From the NCBI GenBank assembly GCA_951406725.2, contig OX597815.1, positions 47,988,001 to 48,052,000 of the forward strand: DNA of 64,000 bases, in the 5' to 3' direction. Positions 24,236-36,330 of this stretch are shown here, piece after piece. The position numbers and the translations under genes are program-made. The notes beneath the pieces are model-generated. The model was not told where the DNA came from. It worked only from the letters and a program-made list of their open reading frames with translations, and did not search any database. Numbering within the stretch: the first letter of the stretch is position 1; each line of letters begins with the position of its first letter. This DNA comes from Octopus vulgaris. Its lineage: Eukaryota.

Positions 24236-26448
24236 CTAGTCTTGCCGGGTCTTCTCACGCACAGCATACTTCCATAGGTCTCGGTCTCTAGTCATTTCCA
24301 TGGTGAGACCTAACGTCCGAAGGTCGTGCTTCACCACTTCGTCCCAGGTTTTCCTGGGTCTACCTCTTCCACGGGTTCCCTCAACTGCTAGGGATTGGCA
24401 CTTTCTCACACACCTATCTTCATCCATTCTCGCCACATGACCATACCAGCGCAATCGTCTCTCTTGCACACAACAACTGATGCTTCTTAGGTACAACATT
24501 TCTCTCAAGGTACTAACGCTCTGTCGAGTAAGTACACTGACATTACACATCCATCGGAGCATACTGGCTTCGTTCCTCACAAGCTTACGCATGTCCTCAG
24601 CAGTCACGGCCCATGTTTCACTGCCATGTAGCATAGCTGTTCGTACACATGCATCATACAGTCTGCCTTTTACTCTGAGCGAGAGGCCTTTAGTCACCAG
24701 CAGAGGTAAGAGCTCCCTAAACTTTGCCCAGGCTATTCTTATTCTAGCAGTTACACTTTCAGCGCACCCGCCCCCACTACTGACTTGGTCACCTAGATAG
24801 CGGAAGCTATCAACTACTTCTAGTTTTTCCCCCGGAAAGTGACGGAAGTTGTTTTCTGCAGATTTTCGGAGGTCAATGCTCCAGAGCATCTGCCACATAC
24901 AAAAACTATCTTCCCAGTTAGCCTACCTTTGACATTGCTGCACCTCTTATGTGTCCATAGCTTACACTGGGTACATCTTATAGAGTTTCTACCTACACCT
25001 TTTCTACAGATCGAGCAGGGCCATCTTCCTGAGGATATTTGTGGATTTTCTAACTTTCTACTTATTAGTACTTTGGTTTTAGCTAGGTTGACTCTAAGGC
25101 CCCTCGATTCTAAACCCTCCTTCCACACCTGGAACTTCTCCTCCAGTTCTGATAGTGACTCAGCGATTAGAGCGAGGTCGTCAGCATAGAGGAGCTCCCA
25201 GGGGCAACCTGTCTTGAATTCCTCCACAATTGCCTGGAGGACTATGATAAATAGGAGGGGGCTGAGTACTGAACCCTGGTGGACCCCAACCTCTACCTTG
25301 AATTCTTCTGTGTACATGCTGCCAACTCTAACCTTACTTACGGCATCTCTGTACATGGCTTGCACAGCCCTCACCAGCCATTCATCTATCCCTAGTTTCC
25401 TCATTGACCACCAGATGAGGGAACGGGGGACCCTATCAAAGGCTTTCTCCATGTCAACGAAAGCCAAGTACAGGGGCTTATCTTTGGCTAGGTATTTCTC
25501 CTGCAGCTGCCTTACCAGGAATATAGCATCAGTGGTGCTTTTCCCTGGGACAAACCCAAACTGCATCTCATCTAAACTAACTCTCTCTCTAATTAGTTGG
25601 GCTATGACCCTCTCCGTAACCTTCATTACCTGATCCAACAGCTTGATACCTCTGTAATTATTTGTATCCAGGGCATCACCTTTACCTTTGTAGCAGTTGA
25701 CTAGTATGCTGCTACACCAGTCATTGGGTATGACTCCTTCGTGTATCACCTGGTTGACTATACGGGTGACTAGGTTATAGCCGACACTGCCAGATATTTT
25801 GAGCATCTCTGCAGTAATTCCTGATGGGCCTGGGGCTTTCCCTGTCTTCATGCTTCTAATTGCCTTAGCTACCACGGAACTATCAACTCGGATAGCTGGT
25901 CCCTCTGTTGGGTCAACATTCGGCAGACTCTCTTTATCCCATTCATTTTCTTTATTCAGCAACCTTTCATAGTGGCATCTCCAAACCTCTCTCTTTGCAT
26001 CCTCATTTAGCGCAAGTGAACCATCATCCATGCGAACACACTTCTCTCCTACCACATCACGATTCTCTCTCACACACTGTCTTGCAACACGAAATACCTC
26101 AAGTCTTTCATCCTCACAGCTCAGAACATTGGCAAATTTTTTTTTATCCGCTTCCCCTCTGGCTAAATAAACCTGTCTCCTAGCTTCCCTTTTGGCTGTC
26201 TGATACAATTCCCTGCTACCACCGTTCTTCCAGTCCTTCCAAGCCTGTCTCTTTTGTCTAATAGCCCTGTCAACCACAGTGTTCCACCACCATGTTACTC
26301 TGGGTCGAGATGGTACTTTGCTCCATCCACAGATCTGGTCAGTGGCTGTCAGCAGATTGTCCCGTAGGAATCTCCAGTTGTCTTCCACATTAAGTGAAGC
26401 TATATCCCCTTCTATTTCGTCAGAGGCTTCGAGTAGTATGTCTCTAAA
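24236..26448 (-). pseudogene. RTE reverse transcriptase ORF split by one apparent 1-bp deletion near 24833
   Basis: TTSVTF continues as GEKLEVVDSFRYLG in the adjacent frame; no other stops. Confidence 0.9.
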
Positions 26449-26499
26449 TGATGATGATATATATATATATCTATGTGTGTATATATATATATATATATA

Positions 26500-27510
26500 T
26501 CCTCTCATAATAACAAACTGTTAAATATTAATACATTTACTAATACTAACATTAATTTAGCTAATACCATCCAACCCTCTAGAAATATTAATAACAAGGT
26601 TATTGTATCTGAAGTCAATTCCAATAGAATTAAATTTATGTCAAGTAACTCTAAGATTAAAAATTCTATATACCAGTGTATAATCAGTACACTTAATAAA
26701 GTACGATTTTACATTGGAAGCACATCGTTAGAGTTATCTAAAAGAATTTCTATCCATTACTCAACATTTAGGGATAGAAATAAACGGAATAGTACCGGTC
26801 TCAGCAAACTGATTTGGGATTTAAAAGACCACAATGAACAATTTCATTTAGAATGGTTGATCCTCTCAATTTCGATACCATATGACAAAGGCAAGAAATC
26901 TGTCTTCTCTGCAATTCTGAGCTATTTTTCATTATTTTTTCTAAAAATACTCTAGTAAACACGGTTATAGAACGAGCATACAGATGTAAGCATTGGCAGA
27001 AACATACATTTAGTGCATATAAGTAGTCTCTATCATTATATATAATTTAAACTTTAATTTCCTTTATATTTAACATTCACTATTAATATCCCTACTCTTT
27101 CTGTTAGCTACTTATGACGTTATATCATATAACGTTTTTTTAAACAATATTAATAGCGTTCTGTCTATCGCTATACGAATCCATCATTTTTTGCTAAAAT
27201 GTCGTATTGACAAGTTTCGTTTTTTCACTTTCCCGAAGAGAAGATTGCATTGTTTATGCCTTTTATTCTTTTGAATAAGTATCAGTGGAATTTTCGAAAC
27301 ATATGTAGAAAGTAAAAATACTTGTTTAAACCTGCGTTAACTCCATTTTTTATTCATATTATTCAAAATATTCAACGTAAACACGAAGTTTCAACCTTTA
27401 TAAACAAGGAGTTACAACATCTTTACTTGTGAGATTTTTGCTGCCCTGGTAACTATTTATTTATTTTTCCGTGTTAATTGTTAACAAGGTAAAAATACAC
27501 TCATCTATTT
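26500..27510 (+). mobile_element. Penelope-like element 3' remnant (GIY-YIG endonuclease plus pLTR region) between (TA)n tracts
   Basis: ORF 26473..26955: SIYQC...FYIGST..LSKRISIHYSTF..NSTGLSKLIWDLK..PYDKGKK; hammerhead fold downstream. Confidence 0.85.
27221..27318 (+). ncRNA. Type I hammerhead ribozyme fold, Penelope-associated, extended stem II, core variant CCGAAGA
   Basis: actttc-CCGAAGA-gaagattgcattg..ttattc tttt gaataa..cagtggaattttc-GAAAC-atat-GTA-gaaagt; all three stems pair; palindromic loop III. Confidence 0.75.
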
Positions 27511-29269
27511 ATATATATATATATATGACATATTCTCTTTGGTAAGTGCTTAACACTTTTCATACCAATCCACCAGAACCTGCCCCTGGTTCTATGATAC
27601 AAACTCACTCTGTTAACAGGTATGAGCCCCAAAATTTCAAACATATCTCTTTTATCTGTCTCACCTTCCTCTGTCTCCATACAAGAATTTCCCATCAACT
27701 ACACCTCTACATTTGTTCAGCACTTGCAACATTCTCCAACCATCTGTTACTCTCTTCTCACACTCTCATGAACCTACCTACCTTCTCCACACTCCTTTTG
27801 ATCCATTGTTTGTATCCTCTCTTATGACCACCTTCTTGTACTTTGAGAATTTGCTCTACTCCACCATCAGCACTGTCTTTCCAGCTACTCCCACCTACCC
27901 TTATATAAATAGGGGGTAGTCATGTATCTCCACAACAGCAAGACACCTGTGCTTGTCCCACTGTCATACTTCAGTCTCTCAATTCTTGGCATAAAGCGCC
28001 ACTTCCTTCCCTCTCTCTCTCTCTCTTTTAAATACTCCCTACATGTAGTTGAGGGGGCTTTTCCCTGTTCTTTTCCTGTCATGCGCAAGTTACTTGACAG
28101 CTCCCCTGGTGCTGTTGGCATGGCATCAGGAAAGGCATTCAGCTATACAAAACCATGCCAAAGCTGACATTAGAACCTGACACAACCCTGCAGGTTGCCA
28201 GATCCTATCAATCTGTCCAACCCATGCCAGCATGGAAAACAGATGTTAAATGGCAACAATGATGATGCTAATGATGAGGATAGCAATAAATGTGCAGGGA
28301 AGGGAACTGGCAAGTTGTTAAAATATTGGATAGAATGCCTTGTGGTATTTGTCCTGGCTATTTCCAACGTAAGTTCAAACTTTGCCTTTTATTTTTCTGG
28401 CATCAAAAAATAAAGCAACTAAGGTAGCAAGCTGGCAGAATGGGCGAAATACCTAGTGATACTTTGTCTGTCTTCATGTTCTGAGTTTAAATGCTGCCTG
28501 GGGCGACTTTCCCTTTTATCCTTTTGGGATCAATAAAAGAATTTGAAACCAGTCTTTCATCCTTGGTCATCTTGACCAGTACTGATTCAAGATTAAATAA
28601 CAACATTAGTATTTCACAAACAACTAAGACAGAGAAGCATCTTGGCTAAATGTACTCAGGTGTGAGATAACTGTTCCGTATCAATTGTAGGTTTAAGTTT
28701 TTGGATAAGCACTCCATTTTAGCTCAATGCATGTCATATTACTTACACAGCGTAACCCCAAAAAGGAGTTCCATATCATCATTCAGCCTGAGAGAAAGAG
28801 CAACCAAATTTCTACCAAATCTAACCAGACTGTCTTTCAAATAAAGGACATGTTTTATAATGATTTTAATACACATTAACAAAAAAAAAAAAAAAAAAAA
28901 AGGGTTAGTCACGGTTGGAGAGATAAATTAGGTTTAAGCAACAGCTAAAAACTAAACCAGCAAACTATTCTGTTATGGATAAATGTTGGTGCTTCAATGT
29001 GGTTACTCTGCTTTTTAAAAATAACAGATAAATCTCCCTCAAATTGCATCTCAACAACCAGCCATAGTGCAAGTAGTAGATTGCTCTTCTCTGCAAATTT
29101 TTACCCTGTGCTATTGTGACCCACATGAAGGATCAGTATTCAGTTGCTTGAAGTTGACTTTAACTATATCGTTGTATCTGAGTCAGAATTTATCCTAATT
29201 ACTCTTATTGCTAGCCAGCTGTGAAATATAGTATTTACATAGATACTATATAGAGATTCCTTTAGTCAT

Positions 29270-29523
29270 TTACTTGTTTCAGTCATTTGACTGTGGTCAT
29301 GCTGGATCACCACTTTTTTAGTCAAGCAAATCAACCCCAGGACTTATTTTTCGTAAGCCTAGTACTTATTCTATTGGTCACTTTAGTCGAACCGCTAAGT
29401 TATGGGGATGTAAACACTCCAACATTGGTTGTCAAGCGATGGGCGGGGGGGACAAACACAGACACACACATACATATATATACATACATACATATATATA
29501 CATACATACATATATATATATAT

Positions 29524-29554
<31 letters not shown>

Positions 29555-29715
29555 ACGGGTTTCTTTCAGTTTCCGTTTACCAAATCCACTCACAAGGGTT
29601 TAGTTGGCCCGAGGCTATAGTAGAAGACACTTGCCCAAGGTGCCACACGGTAGGACTGAACCCGGAACCATGAGGTTGAAAAGCAAGCTTCTTACCACAC
29701 AACCACGCTGCACCT
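29270..29715 (-). mobile_element. SINE family A
   Basis: Same consensus. Confidence 0.9.
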
Positions 29716-30125
29716 ATACAAAAGCACAAGGTGTCGTCTACCACTTCAAAATATGAAGGGCATATTTTATAATGCAGTAAGATATACTCTGCGTCAAACT
29801 ATTACTGGATAGTTATAGCTGGAATACATTTCACCATAGATCTGCTTAATTAAAACTAGTCAAATGGGAAGCTACATAATAGCAGCATAATAATTTTCTT
29901 ATTTTAGCACAAAGCCAGCAATTCTGAGCAGAGGGGAAAGTCGATTACATCAACCCCAGTGCTCATCTGGTACTTATTTTATTGACTCCTGAAAGGATGA
30001 AAGGCAAAGTTGACCTTGGCAGAATTTGAACTAATCAAATGCATCAAAAGCATAAGAAATTTTTTTTTTAAATCACACACATACGCATACTCACAAAATG
30101 TAGTTTATGTAAAGAATATATTTAC

Positions 30126-30259
30126 CTGTTTGAGTAATTCTGAAAGTCGTGGTTTTTCATTTTTCCCCAAACGTCGATTGCTATTCCCTGGTCTGAAGGT
30201 ATACCCTGTTTTGTTGGTCGTAAATGATACTGGTGATGTGCTGGTATCTCGCAAATACA
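30126..30259 (-). CDS. CNTLN: Coding exon E (VYLRDTSTSPVSF...PRLSELLKQ), phase 1 to 0
   Basis: Acceptor ctttcttccttaccag, donor CAG/gtaaa; 134 nt open; phases consistent. Confidence 0.85.
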
Positions 30260-31746
30260 CTGGTAAGGAAGAAAGATGTTTTGAATTTTAGTATCAATAA
30301 AGCAATTTCTTCTTCATAAATCAATTTCTAACACTGACTTGTATGTGTCACCTTTATTTAGGATTGTCAACAGAATGTAACTTCTCAATAGCCGTTGATA
30401 TGTTTGAAAGTGTATCTATAATAATAAATGCAAAATTCTGTCCATCTGGGACCCCTGTATTTCAGCTTACATTTGCTAGACATATACCTTTTCAGAATCT
30501 GGATGATCCTGGGATTGAAAATCAGCCCTTCATTTAGTACTTGAATATCTAGCATCGGGATCTAATTTAAAAGCATTTGGGTTGCTGATTCACACCATTT
30601 TCGTCTGTGTTTGTCAGATGATGACAGGGATCAAGGGGGAGATAAATGATATTCGCTTCATTAATTCTACATTGAGATAAGAACTTTGGGACAAATTGGC
30701 CAACAACTGGAATTCAAACTGGGACTGGAAAAATAGAATGATTGCATTACAGAATTAATTCTCATCTGTCTTTAACCTCTAATCAAACACCACCAGGGCA
30801 TATAGTCATTATAGATGTATTATAGTCATACTATTTAGCACTCTTTAGTTTTGGGCTGTAGGCCCAGTTAGCCCTCCACAGGAGCAAGCTTAAAAATCCA
30901 CTTGGAGTGCAGCTTTTAAGCTAGTTAGTAACTAAAATGATCACTTAAAATGAATGGAACTTGTGGAAGAGGGAGACCCAGGAAGACATGGGAGAAAGTA
31001 TTGAAGGCTGATCTCAAGACATTGAGCCTTATGAAGGAGATGACTAAGGACTGAGATATCTGGTGCATTGTTGAACTGAAGAAGACCTGTCCATGACAGC
31101 AGAATTGATACCAGTGATGGTGCCACATTAAAAGCACCCAATATACTCTGTGGAGTGGTTGGCATTTGGAAGGGCATTCAGCTGTAGAAACTATACCAAA
31201 CAGACAATGGAGCTTAGTGCGGCCCCCAGCCTTACCAGCTCCATTTAAACCATCCAACCCATGCCAGCATGGTAAAACGGACACTAAATGATGATGATGA
31301 TACTGTTATTGTAGGTATGGCTATGTGGTTAAGTTCACTTTCCGACTATTTGGTTTTTGGTTCAGTCTAATTGCATGTCACTAGGGCTCATAAGCTGAGA
31401 GATTATTACCATGCTTGAACACAGGTGGGAATTGGTGCCAAGAAGAGCATATGACCATAGAAACCTCTACCCCAAAGTACTATAATCTGATCCATGCAAG
31501 TATGGAAAAGTAGACATTAAAACAATGATGATGACGATGATAATGACAATCTAGGAATGACCATCTCATTTTCTTATTTCATGCATAATGTATCTAGGGT
31601 TTCACTATCTACTGGGTTCTTCATTTTAAGACAGAAGAATATGATATGAGTAAGGTCTGGCTGCTTTTTTTGGCTTCTTTTTTTTTGCAGCTTGAGGGAT
31701 ACTATAGTCCAGAGAAAGAGAATTGTTTAAACACTGTAATTTCTTG

Positions 31747-31910
31747 AGGAGTGGCTGTGCGGTAAGTAGCTTGCTTATGAACTACATGGTTCCGGGTTCA
31801 GTTCCACTGCGTGGCACCATGGTCAAGTGTCTTTTACTATAGCCTCAGGCCGACCAAACCCTTGAGTGGATTTGGTAGATGGATACTGAAGGAAGCCTGT
31901 TGTATATATG

Positions 31911-31951
<41 letters not shown>

Positions 31952-32160
31952 TTGTGTGTCTGTGTTTGTCTCCCCAGTATTGCTTGACAACTGATGCTGG
32001 TGTGTTTACATCCCCATAATTTAGCAGTTCAGCAAAAGAAACTGATATAATAAGTACTAGGCTTACAAAGAATAAGTCCTGGGGTGGATTTGCTCGATTA
32101 AAGGTAGTGCTCCAGCATGGCTACAGTGTCAAATGACTGAAACAAGTAAAAGAGTAAAAA
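31747..32160 (+). mobile_element. SINE family A
   Basis: Same consensus. Confidence 0.9.
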
Positions 32161-33062
32161 CAAAGAATACAACTGACTGCATGCTTTATGTATGTGTATG
32201 CAGAGGAAAAGTATTTGTAATAAAAGAAGGAGCCTCTAGTATAATTCCATTTGCATTTTCAGAAGTGATGGTCACAACTGGTAACAGTTTGATTATATGA
32301 TATTGCCGATCAGGACTGGCCTGGGGCTAACTACAGCAACAACAGATACACATTAGAGACAAAACCTATCTATAATAATAGATTTAAAATGAGGGGGGAA
32401 AATGTATGTTATTTAGAATTCTGTAGAAATTATACAAATCTGAATGGACAAGGAAAAATAGAGATGTTATTGGAGAGATTAGCTGTGGTTTCTATCTAGC
32501 ACATAAAGCTTGACCTAATAGTTTTGACCAATCAACTCACAAGGATTAAGCTTTTAGCATTCAGATTACTCTGTCAAATGTAATCTTTCGAAACTCTCAG
32601 CCCTTGAGTTACTCTGTTGTTTCTGCTAAGTATTAATAAAAATATACTAATATTCATATTTTGAGTTCTATATTTCCCATTCGCCTCTCATTACCTGTAT
32701 ACGACAAGCTTCTTTCAGTTTCTGAATATCTAGTCCACTCACAAAGCTTTGGTTAGCTTGAGGCAAGAGTAGAAGACACTTGCCTAAGATGAACTATGAG
32801 GCTGGGAAGCAAGCTTCTTATTTCATTATTGCCCACAAGGGGCTTAACATAGAGGGGATAAACAAGAACAGACAAAGGGATTAAGTCGATTACATAGATT
32901 CCAGTGCCTAACTCTTACTTAATTTATCAACCCTGAATGGATGAAAGGCCACACAGCAAATGAAAGAAAATGAAATGAAGCAAATATCACCACTCCCCAC
33001 AAAAACATTAATAATATCACTCATTTATGAAGTCACTTTTTGAACAAATGGACTGAATTTAC

Positions 33063-33246
33063 CTTTTTGTATAGCCACATGAGGTTTGGATCTGATAACT
33101 TTTCCACCAGGTTCAGAATAGTTTCTTTTGCACTGTGTAACATTGGTTTTCATATTGCAGCTTCCCAGTTTGTGTTCAGGCTGCTTCAGCTGTGAAACTC
33201 CGCCTCGAGCTTTGGCATCACCCTTTATGTAGCTATGTACCACCAC
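33063..33246 (-). CDS. CNTLN: Coding exon D (VVVHSYIKGDAKARGG...KPHVAIQK), phase 0 to 1
   Basis: Acceptor tgtttgttcag, donor G/gtaaat; 184 nt within ORF 33025..33258. Confidence 0.8.
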
Positions 33247-33274
33247 CTGAACAAACATTGAGAAATAAATCTTA

Positions 33275-34075
33275 GAGAAAAATTAGACTGCTTATCGTCA
33301 TCTTCAACAACTTGGAAAGGTTCCTAAACTTGGAAAATAGGTGCCTCATAAATTGTCTGAAAGCAACTGCAAATTCCAAGTTGACATCTGCTCTTCTCTC
33401 CATTCTCATGAACTCATTTCACCCATTTTGGATAGACTTGTGACTGGTAATGAAAAATATTAAACGTCGTAAACAGTGGCTTGGTAAAAGGGAAAAAGCT
33501 CAACTACAACCGAGAAGGGAACTTCATGGAAAAAAAGTTTTTCTCTCTATCTTGTGGGATTGTAAAGGAGTAATTCACTTTGAATTGTTACTACCTAATG
33601 CAGCAATCAATGCTCAAGTCTACTGTCAGCAATTAGCGTGTTTGAACAAAGCTTTGAAGAAAAAAAGACCCGCTTTAGTGAATCAAAAAGAAGTGATGTT
33701 TCATCAGGACAATGTGTGACCCCACACTGCAAAGATCACATCACAGAAGATTGAAGAGCTTGGTTGGGAAAAAATTCCTCATCCACCTTATTCTCCTGAC
33801 CTTGCTCCTTCAGATTACCATTTGTTTCGTAGTTTACAGAATCATTTGGGGCACATAACTTTTGCAAGTGAGGAGGAGGTCGAAACTGAACTTTCAGAGT
33901 GCTTTGCTTTGAAACCAAAAGAGTTTTACATTGATGGGATTAAAAAGCTTGTAAATAGATGGAAGTAAGTCATAGATAATCAGGGAAAGTACACTGATGA
34001 TTAAATTTCAATTAAATATAACATTTGACCACTTGTTTTCTTTATTCAAAATTTGGACAGAACTTATGGGATGAC

Positions 34076-34081
<6 letters not shown>
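33275..34081 (+). mobile_element. 5'-truncated mariner transposon filling most of the 962-bp intron between exons C and D
   Basis: Motifs VPHKL, LVTGNEK, ILWDCKGVIHFELL, FHQDN, PHPPYSPDLAPSDYHLF; right end gaacttatgggatgacctgata runs into (TA)n. Confidence 0.9.
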
Positions 34082-34168
<87 letters not shown>

Positions 34169-34208
34169 TGCATTTAACATGTTTGGTTTTATTCAAAGAA
34201 ATACTAAC

Positions 34209-34392
34209 CGTTTTGATATTCCCGGCAGATGAAGATGATTCAGAGATTTCAGGAACATTGTTTAAACCATTACCTGAATGATTAAGAGATAATTTTTGTG
34301 GTAGACAAGGCTCTGACAGTGATGTATGAAGAGGCCAAGACTCAACGATATTGTTTGGAGATTTTGGAGATGCTGGAGATGACCCAAGTGAT
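34209..34392 (-). CDS. CNTLN: Coding exon C, Ser/Pro/Asn-rich (SLGSSPASPKSPNN...SAGNIKT), phase 2 to 0
   Basis: Acceptor tacatttag, donor ACG/gttagt; 184 nt within ORF 34008..34412; upstream alternative AGs give stops in this phase. Confidence 0.8.
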
Positions 34393-34538
34393 CTAAATGT
34401 ATAATTATTCAAGAAAATCTATAATGACTTTTGGAGAAAAAAAAATTACATGAAGCATTAAAATAAAAAGATAACTGAAAATAAAAAAAAACAAAAGGAA
34501 AAAATATTGAAAATTCAAAATAATTACAACATAGAAGC

Positions 34539-34694
34539 CACTCAAAAGCTTTTATTATTTGGTTCAAAATTTTTGTTGCACTAATTGTGACCAGGTCAGT
34601 GACACCGACCTCCTGTTACAGTGGAACCTTGTCAGTGACCAGGTCATAATTGGTACAACAAAAATGCTGGCACCAAATAATAAATCTTTAAGTG
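34539..34694. repeat. Short hairpin/MITE with about 55-65 bp arms
   Basis: tttattatttggt..gtgaccaggtcagtgaca / tgtcagtgaccaggtca..accaaataataaa. Confidence 0.8.
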
Positions 34695-34844
34695 AAGCTA
34701 ACAGTTTTGTGTATTTTTAATGGTTAATATGTGTCTTACAAATTGTAAATTGTTTTAGTTTAAACAGACAGTCTCAAATCAAATCACTTTCCAGGCAAAT
34801 ACATCTTCAAAATTGAAAATTTGATTTAAAAATATATTCTAAAG

Positions 34845-35205
34845 AAGCTTGCTTCCTAACCACATGGTTCCAGGTTTAGTCCCACTGTGTTACACCTTGG
34901 GCAAGAGTCTTCTACTATAGCCTCAGGCTGACCAAAGCCTCGTGAGTGGATTTGGTAGACAGAAACTAAAAGAAACCTGTTTTATATATATTTGTGTGTG
35001 TGTCCTTGTATCTGTGTTCGTCCCCTGCCACTACTTGATAATCAGTGTTGGTGTCCCTTGTAACTTAGCAGTTCAACAGAAGAGACTGAAAGAATGAGTA
35101 TGAGGCTTTAAAAAATAAGTACCAGGATTGATTCATTCAGCTAAAAGTTCTTCAAGATGATGCCCCAGCATGGCCACAGTCTAATGACTGAAACAAGTAA
35201 AAGAA
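34845..35205 (+). mobile_element. SINE family A (head clipped)
   Basis: Same consensus. Confidence 0.85.
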
Positions 35206-36238
35206 AAGATAAACCATCAAAACTTTCTAAAAGTCTAGATTTTTGGTAAATTCTACAAATAGATGGATGCAGGTCAAGCTCAGTCATTAAGAGATTCCCT
35301 CAGCTTCCATGTGGTTCTGAGTTCAATACTATTGCATACTATCTTGGGCAAATACTGTCTACTAAACCTATGGGTTGATCAATGTCATGTAAGTGCAACT
35401 TAACTAAGAGAAACAGAATTGTACCATCAGTGACTGAAGCTGGACATTAAGGACTGGAACATAATTGGAATGTACAGTCATCAAAGGATCCATAAATGAA
35501 GGAAAATAGTACCAAAATATATGTGGACAAACACATTTTAGTTTTTATAATTTCCATCTCACTCATTTAACATCTGTCTATCATGCTGGCATGAGATAGA
35601 TCTGAGAAGCTAAGCTGGTGAACTTCAATGCTCTCTTGACATGGTTTTTATGACTAGATGCTATTCCTAATTCCAATCAATTTACAGAGTATACTGAATG
35701 CTTTTCTTCAAGACATTGGCGCTAGTGAGGTCACCAAGTAACTTACAAGACAAAGAAAAGATCCTAGAACAAATGGGTTTGTAGCAGAGAGGAAACATTG
35801 GATTGGGACTGAAATTTGCTTAGGGGATGCAAACTCAGGTCCAAAATTTTTTACAAACAAGGTTTTATTTATTTTTTTATTTATTTTTGTTCTTTGAGAA
35901 GAAATCTGTCTTTGAGTTACTTTTTACAGATCACTTTTTATGCACTGTTTTCTAAACCTGAGAAAATTAAGTATGGATGCAAATTTTGATTTTGCATCCC
36001 CACAAAAATTTTAGGAGGTGCACTTGCACCCCTGCACTTCATGGTCCTGGGCTCATAAGTGGGCGGTGACTTTATGTTAGGCGTAGGAAGACAAAGGATG
36101 ATAGATGAACAGGCACAGGGGTTTTGCTGTAGAGAAGATAGTTTCTAGAAAAGCATTTGAAGCAATGCAAGTTACTGTAATATAAACAACACACATTTAC
36201 ACAGGGATGGTATAGTTCAAGAAAAATTATTAGCTTAC

Positions 36239-36330
36239 CTATGAGGACTGTTAGAAGCCTTTCCATTGTTGTCTGCATTGAGCTTTTCGGGCACAACTTG
36301 CTTGGAATCAGAATCATGATTTGGCAGTTT
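36239..36330 (-). CDS. CNTLN: Coding exon B (KLPNHDSDSKQVVPEKLNADNNGKASNSPH-R), phase 0 to 2
   Basis: Acceptor cattccaccttcag, donor AG/gtaagc; 92 nt; phases match exons A and C. Confidence 0.75.

Larger units (their letters stand above)
23611..26448 (-). mobile_element. Young 5'-truncated RTE-clade LINE: RT region, 3' UTR with tandem repeats, (GAT)n tail
   Basis: ORFs 24820..26508 and 24236..24898 carry NYRGIKLL, QFGF, AFVDMEKAFD, GVHQGSVLSPLLF, LLYADDL, FRYLG, RRLRWYGHV, RGRGRPRKTW; CpG retained; APE endonuclease missing. Confidence 0.95.
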
